Of a DNA stretch of 64,000 nt, positions 39,678 through 52,539 are shown piece after piece. The notes under the pieces are model-generated. The model searched no databases, was not told the DNA's origin, and saw nothing but the letters and a program-made list of their open reading frames with translations. Both the position numbers and the translations under genes were made by a program. Position 1 is the stretch's first letter; every line of letters begins with the position of its first letter. The stretch comes from Flaccisagitta enflata. Taxonomy: Eukaryota. The stretch spans positions 44,640,001-44,704,000 of the forward strand of contig OZ231126.1 in the NCBI GenBank assembly GCA_965153355.1, given 5' to 3'.

Positions 39678-42600
39678 TAGTCAGGCAAATGTAAAAAAAT
39701 CGGTAGAAAAAATTCCAACAAAGCTGGGAAGGTGGTTTTCTAATCATTGAGATGTACATTTTAAGAAAAACAACTATTACCCAAAAGTTCTTTTCCGCTA
39801 CTCTTGGAATTCAACATTGAAAAAAAGTTGCAAAAATGCCCAAAAATCGTAATTTTCGCACCTGTTTTTTTCCCTATAAACGCTTTAGAATCTTATAACT
39901 CCTAAAGAAATTGATAAAAATTCATTAAAAAAAATCTATAATGAAAAAAAATTATGTGGAAAAAAGTCATAATATGATTTTGTTCAATAAGATCACATTT
40001 CGTTTTAAGAAAAATCATTAAAAAAGTAAAAAAATATTTGTTTTACCATGTTCATTTACTACTGAGCACTGCTTATTCTACGGTCTGCAGTATAACAGAG
40101 GGCCCTCTTTTTTTGATAGATCCATTTACTCTTCCTTATGAATGATAGCTTGTATCACTGTTCTATATGCAGGAGTAATCTCATGCAGCTCTATGAGGTA
40201 GGCTGCTCCGCGTGTTGGTATTCTTTTAATTGGGCCTTGATGCCAACAATCAAAATCATAAGTTGACACCCATACCCCTCAATGCTTCTTTTGTGCCAAT
40301 ATTTTCTGTCAGTTGTGGCATGTGTAGAGATTACTCTGCATCCATATCATCCTCCAAATCTTCTTCCTCCAAAATCAATGCACTTGCATTTGTGCAACCA
40401 GAGCCGTGACAATGTCCACATGCAAGCATGCATTTCATGGCATTTTTGCGGCAGCTGCATCAAGCAGAACTGCAATCCGTAGTGCAATCACAGCGAATGA
40501 TCTTCGACAGCTCAGCTGGAGCAGGAGGAAGATCTGTGAGAATAGGAGAGTAGCCTGACTCAGTGAGTTTCTAACCCCACATTTCCTCTTGCCTACCATT
40601 CCAGATACAATTTTTTTTTCAATTTCCTCTGCATCTTCAACATTAACAGTGGCTTGAGCGTGGACTCCGTTGGCAATATTACACAGCTCAGGCCCATACT
40701 CAAATGGATTTCTCTCTTTAAAAAAATCTTGGACAAGGTTGGTGTCCTTCCAATCATGATCAATTCCAGAGGGACCAATATCTTTGTTCTGTTCACCAGA
40801 TCTTATGTTTGTGGTTGAGATCTCTTGGATGGTATTGTGCACTTCAGCACACACAGGCATAGAGAGGGTCCATTGATTCCTCTGTGTTTCAGTCATTCCA
40901 CTTCCATGTGTCAGGCCACCAGCTGTTTTGAGATTTCTCATTAGGCATGTCTCGATGACATAATCACTTGAGAGGCCAGCCCACTCGCGATCACTCTTTC
41001 TTACTACATGGAGGCCATTCAAAAATTGAAAGTAGATATCAGGATGACTGTTTTCTAAATCCATCATCTCCAGCAAGTACACATATCAGTCAGCGGACAA
41101 AACACAATAGGTATATATATCACTTGGTTGGTTTTGATCCAACCCACTGATGTTGAACAGAATGCTGTAAATAACAACTGGTTGTTGAAATAACAGCCGG
41201 CTGTTAAGTTACAAAGTTGGCAAAAATCCAACTTTCACCATATAGAATGAGACCTGCAGATTCATAATCCTGATGAAATTCTAAGAAGTTTGATATGTCA
41301 CAACATATACTTTTAAATGAAAATAAAAGATTTTTATCATTGTTTAATTTAATTATAACGCAATGTTAAAAAAAATATTTTTTACAAAAATTGTTAAGTG
41401 TGACATATCAAACTTCTCAGAATTTCATCAGGAGTATGAATCTGCAGGTATCATTTTATTTTGGAAAAATTGGATTTTTACCAACTTTGTAACTTAACAG
41501 CCGGCTGTAATTTCAACAACCAGTTGTTGTTTACAGTATTCTGTTCAACATCAGTGTGTTGGATCAAAAGCAACGGAGTGATATATATACCTATTGTGTT
41601 TTGTCCACTGACTGATATGATGACTTCAAATAGTTATAATGACCTGTTGCTGCAAAGAAAGCAAGCATCTCCAAAGTAGCCTGTAGATGAAGAGGCCAGT
41701 TCCCCAAACATTCTCCTCTAAGATAGCGTCTCAGTATATCAATCATCCTCATTTAAAGAAGCCAAAGCTTGGCTGTTCTGCTGTTGCTTAGTGCTTCAGC
41801 TTCAGTTTCCAAGATTTGTTTTGTTTTTTTAACAGTATCACTTTTACAAAGGTACTCAAACGGTTCACCATCCATTAGCTGTTGATAAACAGTTTCCTTT
41901 TCCCCAATGATCTCATCAACTGATGGGGCAATTAGGCCTATGTCTCCTGGCTGATCTTCTGACTCATTGACCATGTCTTCACTTGGAGTGGTCTGTTTTT
42001 CAGTGCAGTATTTCTGTATTCCTCTTTCCAACAGAAATGACGTGAGAACAGCATCAACAATGAAGTGTCCTCTGATTGCTCTTGCAATTGCTTTTCCTGA
42101 AAGCATGTGATCTATGGTATTCTTTGCATAGATGGTTTCTAAGGCCTCACTCAGGCCAGTGTTGGCCATCAGATGTCAAATGCTTCCAAGAAAACTCATC
42201 AAGGTATGCAGTCCTCCCATTTTCAAAACTATCTTTTTGAGAGGGCTTTCCTATGGCTCAGATTGAATTATTTGCCAAACCTTATAAAAAAGTGGTTGAT
42301 CAAATGTAACAACGGGGGTTACATCATGAGTTGAGGCATGATCAGCAAAGTAGTGCAGAGTTGATCGTATACAAACTGGATCACTTGGATTGAGATCAAT
42401 TATGGGTAGATAAACAATAGATGCGACACCTGGATGGCTACCTTTATGCACTTTCTGCATAGTTCCTAGCCAGGAGGGCCGAGGTTTGCCAAAAAGAATG
42501 GATGTCTTCCAAATAATGTCCAAATTTTCTGTGGGATCATTATACAGGAATTTGTTCAATTTCTTGAATGCAACTTTTTCTTCATTTTGGTTTACATCTG

Positions 42601-43346
42601 GTCCACAAATGATGTCTCCAGCTGTGACATTCTTCCTAGGAATGACTGACCTTGTTTTTATGGCAGGTGTGGCACAAGCTATACACCCCAAACCATGAAA
42701 TGTATGCTTCCCATCTATGGTGCAGACATCATGGTCAACGTTATCCCCAACATATTGTATAAACTGCACTGAGTTATAGTTTTCAATTAAGGTAAGAGCT
42801 GCTACTGCGGCATTTTTGTTGAATTTCAGAACCTCAGAGTATGAAGAGGAAAATCCAAAGCTATTCAGCATATCGATAGCAAACCGGGATTTGTATTTGT
42901 GATGGATTTCTATTCCAGACCAACAGCCAAGCTGCAATGGAGCTATGATGTTCCTTGGCCGAGCCGCTGCCATAAGGATCTTTTCATGTTTATTTTTCAT
43001 CTTTTGGGGGTAACTGGCTACTTTCTGCCACAAAATGTTTTTTTTTTTTAACATAGGATGTTATGTATCTTTTTCCACTTTCTTTTTGTTTTGTTTTTCA
43101 AAATTTTTCAATATTTACAATGATTAAAGGTTAAGAAATAAAATGTGAAAATCATGATTTTTCGCGATTTTCGCCTGTTTTTTCCCTGACAGAAAATGTT
43201 CAAACCTGAGAGCTGCGGAAAAGAACTTTTCGGTAATAGTTGTTTTTCCTAAAATATACATCTCAATAGTTAGAAAACCACCTTCGTTTGCTTTGTGGGA
43301 CTTTTTTCTACCTTTTCCCCTTTATTTTCCTACATTTACTTGACTA
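39678..43346 (-). mobile_element. Defective Academ-type DNA transposon, copy 1 (3,669 bp)
   Basis: TAG...CTA termini with imperfect TIRs longer than 100 bp; 3-bp TSD TCT (39675-39677, 43347-43349); disrupted transposase with DNVD, TFDQPL, GGLH and DYVIE motifs and a C-terminal Cys-rich finger. Confidence 0.85.
41087..41614. mobile_element. Palindromic MITE nested in the transposase of Academ copy 1
   Basis: CAGTCAG(C/T)GGACAAAACACAATAGG arms flanked by ATAT (alternatively read as a TA TSD); removal restores the reading frame. Confidence 0.88.
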
Positions 43347-43896
43347 TCTGTACATAAGACAACAGCTAGAGGACACTGGGTAATCTGAGGTGAAATCGAA
43401 CCCCGGGGGCCCCGGGGTTCACGGGGGTTGCCCGGGGCTGCTTGGGGTTGCTCAGGGTGTCTTGGGGTTGTTCGGGGTTGTACTGTTTAAAAAAAAAAAA
43501 AGAAACATTATTAACATTAGCAACAGTGCTACACTACACTTAAAAATTTCGACAAATGATATTGATATCATCTATCTTGAGTTGAGGCAACCCCGAGCAA
43601 CCCCAAGCGACCCCGAGCAATCTCATGGTTTAATCTCACTATTTTATGCTAAAGTTTACCCGGTGGGCGATGGGGAAGAAAAAGACAAGGAAAAAGAAAT
43701 AAGAATAAGAAATAAGAATAAGAAGAGAAGAGAAGAAAAGAAAGAAAGAAGGAGAACAATAAAAAAAGAAGGCCATATACAGGCATGGACGTAGGGGAGC
43801 TCTGAAGTTAACCACGTCCACTAAGGATTTCAAGACCGAGTCAGAATCAAGACCGACTTACATTCAAGGGGAAATTTTTAAAAAATTGTTATTTTT

Positions 43897-46019
43897 TAGT
43901 CGCATGCACGCGACTCTACAACCCGCTCTGTCGGTCGGTCGGTCGGTCCGTCGGTCGGTCGGTCGGTCGGTCGGTAACACTTTGCTTTTTTGTGTCATTT
44001 TTGGTCATTTTTGGTTGCTTTTAGTCATTTTTGGTCATTTTTGGTTGCTTTTAGTCATTTTTGGTCATTTTTGGTCATTTTTGGTCATTTTGGTCATTTT
44101 GGTCATTTTGGTCATTTTGGTCATTTTTGGTCATTTTTGGTCATTTTTGGTCGTTTTTGATCATTCATAATCATTTCTAATCATTTCTAATCATTTTTAA
44201 TCATTTTTGATCATTTTTGGTCATTTTTGGTCACTTTGATCATTTTTGTCATTTTGGCCATTTTGGTCATTTTGGTCATTTTTGGTCATTTTTGATCATT
44301 TTTGATCATTTTTGATCATTTTTGATCATTTTTGATCATTTTGGGTCATTTCTGGTTATTTTTGATCATTTTTTTGTCATTTTTGGTCATTTTTGGTCAT
44401 TTTGGTCATTTTGGTCATTTTGGTCATTTTGGTCATTTTTGATCAATTTTGGTCATATTTGATCATTTTTGGTCATTTTTGGTCATTTTGGGTCATTTTG
44501 GGTTGTTTTGGGTCATTTTGTGTCATTTTTGGACATTTCTGGCTATTTTTGATCATTTTTTGTCATTTTTGGTCTTTTTTTATCATTTTTGGGCATTTTG
44601 GTCATGTTGGTCATTTTGGTCATTTTTGATCAATTTTGGTCATTTTTGATCATTTTTGGTCATTTTGGGTCATCTTGGGTCATCTTGGGTCATTTTGTGT
44701 CATTTTTGTCATTTTTGGTCATTTTTGGTCATTTTTGGTCATTTTTGGACTTTTCAGGTCATTTGAGGTCATTTTAGGTCATTTTAGGTCACTTTGATAA
44801 TTTTTGGTCATATTTGGTCATTTTTGGTCATCTTTGGTCATTTTTGGTCATTTTGGGTCGTTTTTGGTCATTTTGGTCATTTTGGTCGTTTTGGTCATTT
44901 TTGTCCATTTTTGTTATTTTGGTCATTTTGGTCTTTTTGGACATTTTGTTCGTTTTTGGTCATTTTGGTCATGTTTGGTCATTTTTGGTCATTTTGGTTA
45001 TTTTGGCCAAATTGGTCATTCTTGGTCATTTATGGTCATCTTTGGTCATCTTTGGTCATTTTGGTCATTTTGGTCATTTTGGTCATTTTGGTCATTTTTG
45101 GTCATTTTTGGTCATTTTTGGTCATCTGCTGGTTAAAGTCTGCTGGTTAAAGTCTGCTGGTTAAAGTCTGCTGGTTTAAATCTAATGGTTTAAGTCTGCA
45201 GGTCTAATGGTTTAAGTCTGCTGGTTTAAGTCTGCTGGTTAAAATGATATTGAAGATAAGTATGGTTTAAGTCTGGTTTAAGTCTGGTTTAAGTCTGGTT
45301 TAAGTCTGGTTTAAGTCTGGTTTAAGTCTGGTTTAAGTCTGGTTTAAGACTGGTTCATGTCTGATTTATGTCTGGTTTAGGTCTGGGTTAGGTCTGGTGT
45401 ATGTCTGGTTTGTGTCTGGTTTTTGTTTGATTTAGGTCTGATTTAGGTCTGATTTAGGTCTGGTTTTGGTCTGGTTTTGGTCTGGTTTTGGTCTGGTTTT
45501 GGTCTGGTTTAATTCTTGTTTGAGTCTGGTTTGAGTCTGGTTTGAGTCTGGTTTGAGTCTGGTTTGAGTCTGGTTTGATTCTAGTTTGAGCCTGGTTTGA
45601 GCCTGGTTTGAGCCTGGTTTCGGTCTGGTTTAAGTCTGGTTTGAATCTGGTTTGAGTCTGGTTTGAGTCTGGTTTGAGTCTGGTTTGAGTCTGGTTTGAG
45701 TCTGGTTTGAGTCTGGTTTGAGTCTGGTTTGAGTCTGGTTTGAGTCTGGTTTGAGTCTGGTTTGAGTCTGGTTTGAGTCTGGTTTGAGTCTGGCTTAAAT
45801 CTGGTTTATGTCTGGTTTATGTCTGATTTAGGTCTGGTTTAATTCCGGTTTGAGTCTGGTTTGAGTCTGGTTTGAGTCTGGTTTGAGTCTGGTTTGGGTC
45901 TGGTTTGGGTCTGTTTTGGGTTGCTTTTAAGTTTGATTTTCGATAAAAAGATACAATAAGGAGTCAGTTCAGTTCAGTTATTTTTGTCCTGCACGCGACT
46001 TATAGGTGTTGGCCTTGTT
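43897..46019 (+). mobile_element. Large HINE/DINE-1-like element (family A) with three consecutive internal satellites
   Basis: TAGTCGCATGCACGCGACT palindrome after a T-run; GTCG microsatellite; GGTCATTTT(T) array; 14-bp CTGCTGGTTAAAGT units; 10-bp GTCTGGTTTGA-type array; GCACGCGACT subTIR; GGCCTTGTT end. Confidence 0.88.
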
Positions 46020-46214
46020 TACTTTTTGCATCACTTATGAATGAAAATCTTTCATTTTGAGGCTTTTTTCATGATATTTCAAACAAACTTAGCTAAATTT
46101 TTCTCTTTTGAACTGTTTTTCAATGAAATTTTAAATTTTTCAATTTTGAATCATTCCTTATTCAAGTCCGACTTGGTTTTCAAGACCGACTTTTACCACG
46201 TCCATGGACGTGGT

Positions 46215-46564
46215 TAGGGATGTATAATCGTTATTAATTAACGATTAATTAACGACCAATTAGCAAATTAATTATTAAACAAGTTAAAAGAATTTAATCG
46301 TTAATCATGATCCTAACTCAAAGCTGAAATGTGACTTCTTTTTTTCGTTTTTTCTCTCCCTTTCTTTCTTTCTTTTTTTCTTTTTTTTTCTTTCTCTCTT
46401 CCTTTCTTTCTTTTTTTTTTTCTTTCTCTCTACCTTTCGTTCTTTCTTTCTTTCTATCTTCATTCCTTTCTTTGTCTTTGTGTCTTAAGTATCGATATCT
46501 TACAATTTTTTGTTGTACTCTTTCTTCCAAGGTTCTTTCTTTCTTTCTTTCTTTCTTCCAAGGT

Positions 46565-46642
<78 letters not shown>

Positions 46643-47276
46643 TTTCTTTTTTCATTTCTTTCTTTTTTTCTTTTCTTTCTTTCTTTCTCTCTTTTTTTTG
46701 CAGGCTTGAGCAAGCAAAATCATCATCATCATCATACGACTATGTATCAACAACAATAAAACATGCATTTTTACATTGCAATCATATTGTTGATTCTCTG
46801 TTTTTTAGTCGCGTGCACGCGACTCTACAACCCGCACTGTCAGTCTGTCGGTCGGTCTGTCACGCTTAGCTTTTTTTCGCCGCCCCTGCCCACCCGCACG
46901 CGACTAAGGTAGCCGTGTATCCGGCCTTGTTCTTCTCCTTTCTCATTTTCTGTGCAAGTGACTCTCTAACACGCTGTCTGTTGGCACAGGGCTGGTCTAT
47001 TGGTCTGTCTATCAGTCACTCAAAAAAAAAAAAAAAAAATGCTTTGTGTTTTGAGCGGTTTTTGCATCTCTGCCCTAGCCCTTCTGCACCTGACTTGAGT
47101 AGCTGAGTATCAACAAGGAAAATATGATTTTTTCTATTTTTGGTATTGCAGTCAATAGTTATATATCAGCTTTCATTACTGTTAAATTAGCTAAAAATTA
47201 AAGATTAACGATGATTAATGATCTAAATTAACTGACCAACGATGATTAATTCAAAAATTGTTCGTCAGCACTCCTA
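46215..47276. mobile_element. Second hAT-like element (8-bp TSD), nested
   Basis: TAGGGATG.../...CACTCCTA termini; TSD GACGTGGT at 46207-46214 and 47277-47284; subterminal TTAACGATTAA motifs. Confidence 0.75.
46806..46931 (+). mobile_element. Minimal HINE/DINE-1-like element, family A
   Basis: TAGTCGCGTGCACGCGACTCTACAACCCG...CCCGCACGCGACT...GCCGTGTATCCGGCCTTGTT in T-rich flanks. Confidence 0.85.
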
Positions 47277-47317
47277 GACGTGGTGGACGTGGCGTCCCCT
47301 ACATCCATGTATACAGG

Positions 47318-47453
47318 GCAGCATTAGTCGCGGACGGGTGGGCAGGAGCGGAGAAAGTCGAAAAACAACTTTGTGACCGACGGACGGACGAACGGACTGA
47401 CCGACGGACCGACGGACCGAAAAGTGGGTTATAGAGTCGCGTGTCCGCGACTA
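47318..47453 (-). mobile_element. HINE/DINE-1-like element, family A; its 3' tip is displaced to about 43768-43783 by the hAT-like insertion
   Basis: AGTCGCGGACGGGTGGGCAGG subTIR region, GACG/GACC microsatellite, AGTCGCGTGTCCGCGACTA palindrome. Confidence 0.75.
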
Positions 47454-47496
47454 AAAAACTACAGCAAGAATGTAAAAACAAAAAACAACCACTATG

Positions 47497-47582
<86 letters not shown>

Positions 47583-47868
47583 CGCTTTGAAGAAAAGAAA
47601 CAAGCAGAAAATCTCTAATTATGGGCATCAGTTCTCCCGCCTCGGCGCTATGGTCCTACGGGCAGGTATCCCCGGCCACTCTCTACAACCACCATCAACT
47701 GATTATGAAATGCGTTTCGGAATATCTTCAGCGTGAGAATGCTTCAAAAGGCCATTCATGAGGCCGTGTTCATCCGTAAGTCGGTTTATTATACCATCTG
47801 TTCGCCCGTAGCGCATTCAATCAGGTACATAGCTTTGACTGAGCCATCGTTTAAGTGGAAACAGTGTA

Positions 47869-48279
47869 CTACGCGAATTAAAAAAAAAGACGCACCTTTT
47901 TATTTGCTGATAAAACTGACTTAAAAAGTATCAAAAAAATTTTACAGAGAAAGTGATTTTTAAGATTTTCAAATTATCTTTCATTCTAGACCAATCCCAG
48001 ATCTGTATCTTCAACAGTTTAGGAGCTAGAGCTCTTTAAAGTGAGACACTATTTTGCTAAATTGAGTTTTTTTCAAAGGGACTGCAAAAACAAATTTAGC
48101 AACATTTTTACTCAAACTAATGCCATTTCCGAACGAAAAAAGATAGAGATTCCAGATTGGCGCCAAATGAAAGAGTTTTTCAAGGGCTTCAAAATGGTTT
48201 AAGATTTTAGTTAGTTTTTTTGATTTTCAATGGCGCAATCAACCATTCAAAAGTGCGTCTTTTTTTAAAATTCGTATAG
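47869..48279. mobile_element. MITE, Tc1/mariner-type (TA TSD)
   Basis: CTACGCGAATTAAAAAAAAAGACGCAC / GTGCGTCTTTTTTTAAAATTCGTATAG, flanked by TA on both sides. Confidence 0.75.
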
Positions 48280-48390
48280 TATGTTTCGTCCCAAAGTTTG
48301 TCAATAAATTCGCTTTACATCCATCTGCATCTGAACGCGGTGTGACAACGTGAGAGAGGGAAGGAAAGAAAGAACGAAAGGAAACAAGCG

Positions 48391-48393
<3 letters not shown>

Positions 48394-48452
<59 letters not shown>

Positions 48453-48601
48453 AAGAGGTTTTGCTCGGTTGTTAACTAAACGAAATGAGAGACAAGAATG
48501 TCGATGCAGTGAAAGAAAAACAAGATAAAAATCTCTAATGAGACGGCGGCTCGACGACGAAACCCCGAGAGAGGGAGGGCTTTACAGTCTCTAAGCGTCA
48601 G

Positions 48602-48656
<55 letters not shown>

Positions 48657-48772
48657 AAGAGGTTTTGCTCGGTTGTTAACTAAACGAAATGAGAGACAAG
48701 AATGTCAATGCAGTGAAAGAAAAACAAGATAAAAATCTCTAATGAGACGGCGGCTCGACGACGAAACCCCGA
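48394..48772 (+). repeat. Local tandem duplication: (GA)n plus ~130 bp unique sequence, two copies; the second copy is interrupted by Academ copy 2
   Basis: AATAAAGAGGTTTTGCTCGG...GACGACGAAACCCCGA occurs at about 48449-48569 and 48653-48772, and continues GAGAGGGAGGGC after 52444. Confidence 0.9.
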
Positions 48773-49064
48773 TAGTCAAGTAAATGTAGGAAAATAAAGG
48801 GGAAAAGGTAGAAAAAAGTCCCACAAAGCAAACGAAGGTGGTTTTCTAACTATTGAGATGTATATTTTAGGAAAAACAACTATTACCGAAAAGTTCTTTT
48901 CCGCAGCTCTCAGGTTTGAACATTTTCTGTCAGGGAAAAAACAGGCGAAAATCGCGAAAAATCATGATTTTCACATTTTATTTCTTAACCTTTAATCATT
49001 GTAAATATTGAAAAATTTTGAAAAACAAAACAAAAAGAAAGTGGAAAAAGATACATAACATCCT

Positions 49065-51790
49065 ATGTTAAAAAAAAAAAACATTTTGTGGCAGAAAGTA
49101 GCCAGTTACCCCCAAAAGATGAAAAATAAACATGAAAAGATCCTTATGGCAGCGGCTCGGCCAAGGAACATCATAGCTCCATTGCAGCTTGGCTGTTGGT
49201 CTGGAATAGAAATCCATCACAAATACAAATCCCGGTTTGCTATCGATATGCTGAATAGCTTTGGATTTTCCTCTTCATACTCTGAGGTTCTGAAATTCAA
49301 CAAAAATGCCGCAGTAGCAGCTCTTACCTTAATTGAAAACTATAACTCAGTGCAGTTTATACAATATGTTGGGGATAACGTTGACCATGATGTCTGCACC
49401 ATAGATGGGAAGCATACATTTCATGGTTTGGGGTGTATAGCTTGTGCCACACCTGCCATAAAAACAAGGTCAGTCATTCCTAGGAAGAATGTCACAGCTG
49501 GAGACATCATTTGTGGACCAGATGTAAACCAAAATGAAGAAAAAGTTGCATTCAAGAAATTGAACAAATTCCTGTATAATGATCCCACAGAAAATTTGGA
49601 CATTATTTGGAAGACATCCATTCTTTTTGGCAAACCTCGGCCCTCCTGGCTAGGAACTATGCAGAAAGTGCATAAAGGTAGCCATCCAGGTGTCGCATCT
49701 ATTGTTTATCTACCCATAATTGATCTCAATCCAAGTGATCCAGTTTGTATACGATCAACTCTGCACTACTTTGCTGATCATGCCTCAACTCATGATGTAA
49801 CCCCCGTTGTTACATTTGATCAACCACTTTTTTATAAGGTTTGGCAAATAATTCAATCTGAGCCATAGGAAAGCCCTCTCAAAAAGATAGTTTTGAAAAT
49901 GGGAGGACTGCATACCTTGATGAGTTTTCTTGGAAGCATTTGACATCTGATGGCCAACACTGGCCTGAGTGAGGCCTTAGAAACCATCTATGCAAAGAAT
50001 ACCATAGATCACATGCTTTCAGGAAAAGCAATTGCAAGAGCAATCAGAGGACACTTCATTGTTGATGCTGTTCTCACGTCATTTCTGTTGGAAAGAGGAA
50101 TACAGAAATACTGCACTGAAAAACAGACCACTCCAAGTGAAGACATGGTCAATGAGTCAGAAGATCAGCCAGGAGACACAGGCCTAATTGCCCCATCAGT
50201 TGATGAGATCATTGGGGAAAAGGAAACTGTTTATCAACAGCTAATGGATGGTGAACCGTTTGAGTACCTTTGTAAAAGTGATACTGTTAAAAAAACAAAA
50301 CAAATCTTGGAAACTGAAGCTGAAGCACTAAGCAACAGCAGAACAGCCAAGCTTTGGCTTCTTTAAATGAGGATGATTGATATACTGAGACGCTATCTTA
50401 GAGGAGAATGTTTGGGGAACTGGCCTCTTCATCTACAGGCTACTTTGGAGATGCTTGCTTTCTTTGCAGCAACAGGTCATTATAACTATTTGAAGTCATC
50501 ATATCAGTCAGTGGACAAAACACAATAGGTATATATATCACTCCGTTGGTTTTGATCCAACCCACTGATTTTGAACAGAATGCTGTAAACAACAACTGGT
50601 TGTTGAAATTACAGCCGGCTGTTAAGTTACAAAGTTGGAAAAAATCCAATTTTTCCAAAATAAAATGATACCTGCAGATTCATACTCCTGATGAAATTCT
50701 GAGAAGTTTGATATGTCACACTTAACAATTTTTGTAAAAAATATTTTTTTTAACATTGCGTTATAACTAAATTAAACAATGATAAAAATCTTTTATTTTC
50801 ATTTAAAAGTATATGTTGTGACATATCAAACTTCTTAGAATTTCATCAGGATTATGAATCTGCAGGTCTCATTCTATATGGTGAAAGTTGGATTTTTGCC
50901 AACTTTGTAACTTAACAGCCGGCTGTTATTTCAACAACCAGTTGTTATTTACAGCATTCTGTTCAACATCAGTGGGTTGGATCAAAACCAACCAAGTGAT
51001 ATATATACCTATTGTGTTTTGTCCGCTGACTGATATGTGTACTTGCTGGAGATGATGGATTTAGAAAACAGTCATCCTGATATCTACTTTCAATTTTTGA
51101 ATGGCCTCCATGTAGTAAGAAAGAGTGATCGCGAGTGGGCTGGCCTCTCAAGTGATTATGTCATCGAGACATGCCTAATGAGAAATCTCAAAACAGCTGG
51201 TGGCCTGACACATGGAAGTGGAATGACTGAAACACAGAGGAATCAATGGACCCTCTCTATGCCTGTGTGTGCTGAAGTGCACAATACCATCCAAGAGATC
51301 TCAACCACAAACATAAGATCTGGTGAACAGAACAAAGATATTGGTCCCTCTGGAATTGATCATGATTGGAAGGACACCAACCTTGTCCAAGATTTTTTTA
51401 AAGAGAGAAATCCATTTGAGTATGGGCCTGAGCTGTGTAATATTGCCAACGGAGTCCACGCTCAAGCCACTGTTAATGTTGAAGATGCAGAGGAAATTGA
51501 AAAAAAAATTGTATCTGGAATGGTAGGCAAGAGGAAATGTGGGGTTAGAAACTCACTGAGTCAGGCTACTCTCCTATTCTCACAGATCTTCCTCCTGCTC
51601 CAGCTGAGCTGTCGAAGATCATTCGCTGTGATTGCACTACGGATTGCAGTTCTGCTTGATGCAGCTGCCGCAAAAATGCCATGAAATGCATGCTTGCATG
51701 TGGACATTGTCACGGCTCTGGTTGCACAAATGCAAGTGCATTGATTTTGGAGGAAGAAGATTTGGAGGATGATATGGATGCAGAGTAATC
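49065..51790 (+). pseudogene. Disrupted Academ-type transposase (mirror copy at about 40329-43054 on the - strand)
   Basis: One frame with stops at 49866 (TAG), 49941 (TGA) and 50364 (TAA), and a MITE insertion at 50505-51032. A frame change near 51527 leads to WG*..PPAP..IIRCDCTTDCSSA*CSCRKNAMKCMLACGHCHGSGCTN. Confidence 0.85.
50505..51032. mobile_element. Palindromic MITE nested in the transposase of Academ copy 2
   Basis: Same element and site as 41087-41614; the empty site reads KSSY/VYLLEM. Confidence 0.88.
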
Positions 51791-52462
51791 TCTACACATG
51801 CCACAACTGACAGAAAATATTGGCACAAAAGAAGCATTGAGGGGTATGGGTGTCAACTTATGATTTTGATTGTTGGCATCAAGGCCCAATTAAAAGAATA
51901 CCAACACGCGGAGCAGCCTACCTCATAGAGCTGCATGAGATTACCCCTGCATATAGAACAGTGATACAAGCTATCATTCATAAGGAAGAGTAAATGGATC
52001 TATCAAAAAAAGAGGGCCCTCTGTTATACTGCAGACCGTAGAATAAGCAGTGCTCAGTAGTAAATGAACATGGTAAAACAAATATTTTTTTACTTTTTTA
52101 ATGATTTTTCTTAAAACGAAATGTGATCTTATTGAACAAAATCATATTATGACTTTTTTCCACATAATTTTTTTTCATTATAGATTTTTTTTAATGAATT
52201 TTTATCAATTTCTTTAGGAGTTATAAGATTCTAAAGCGTTTATAGGGAAAAAAACAGGTGCGAAAATTACGATTTTTGGGCATTTTTGCAACTTTTTTTC
52301 AATGTTGAATTCCAAGAGTAGCGGAAAAGAACTTTTGGGTAATAGTTGTTTTTCTTAAAATGTACATCTCAATGATTAGAAAACCACCTTCCCAGCTTTG
52401 TTGGAATTTTTTCTACCGATTTTTTTACATTTGCCTGACTACGAGAGAGGGAGGGCACACAC

Positions 52463-52539
<77 letters not shown>

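Larger units (their letters stand above)
43784..47309. mobile_element. hAT-like non-autonomous element (8-bp TSD) inserted in a HINE 3' hairpin and hosting further insertions
   Basis: TIR CATGGACGTAGGGG / CCCCTACATCCATG; TSD TATACAGG at 43776-43783 and 47310-47317. Confidence 0.85.
48773..52441 (+). mobile_element. Defective Academ-type DNA transposon, copy 2 (3,669 bp), an inverted near-identical twin of copy 1
   Basis: TAG...CTA termini; TSD CGA (48770-48772, 52442-52444); the internal coordinates I checked mirror copy 1 (sum 92119). Confidence 0.85.

Noticed and set aside
43347..48772. Inversion of the spacer, or an assembly fold-back producing the inverted twins
   Set aside because: Each copy keeps a matching TSD pair (TCT/TCT, CGA/CGA), similarity stops exactly at the element ends, and the copies differ at several bases.
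49065..51790. Stop-codon recoding or alternative genetic code in the transposase (same stops in both copies)
   Set aside because: All three stop types occur together with a MITE insertion and a frame break, and the host genes use standard stops. Shared lesions are explained by copying after inactivation.
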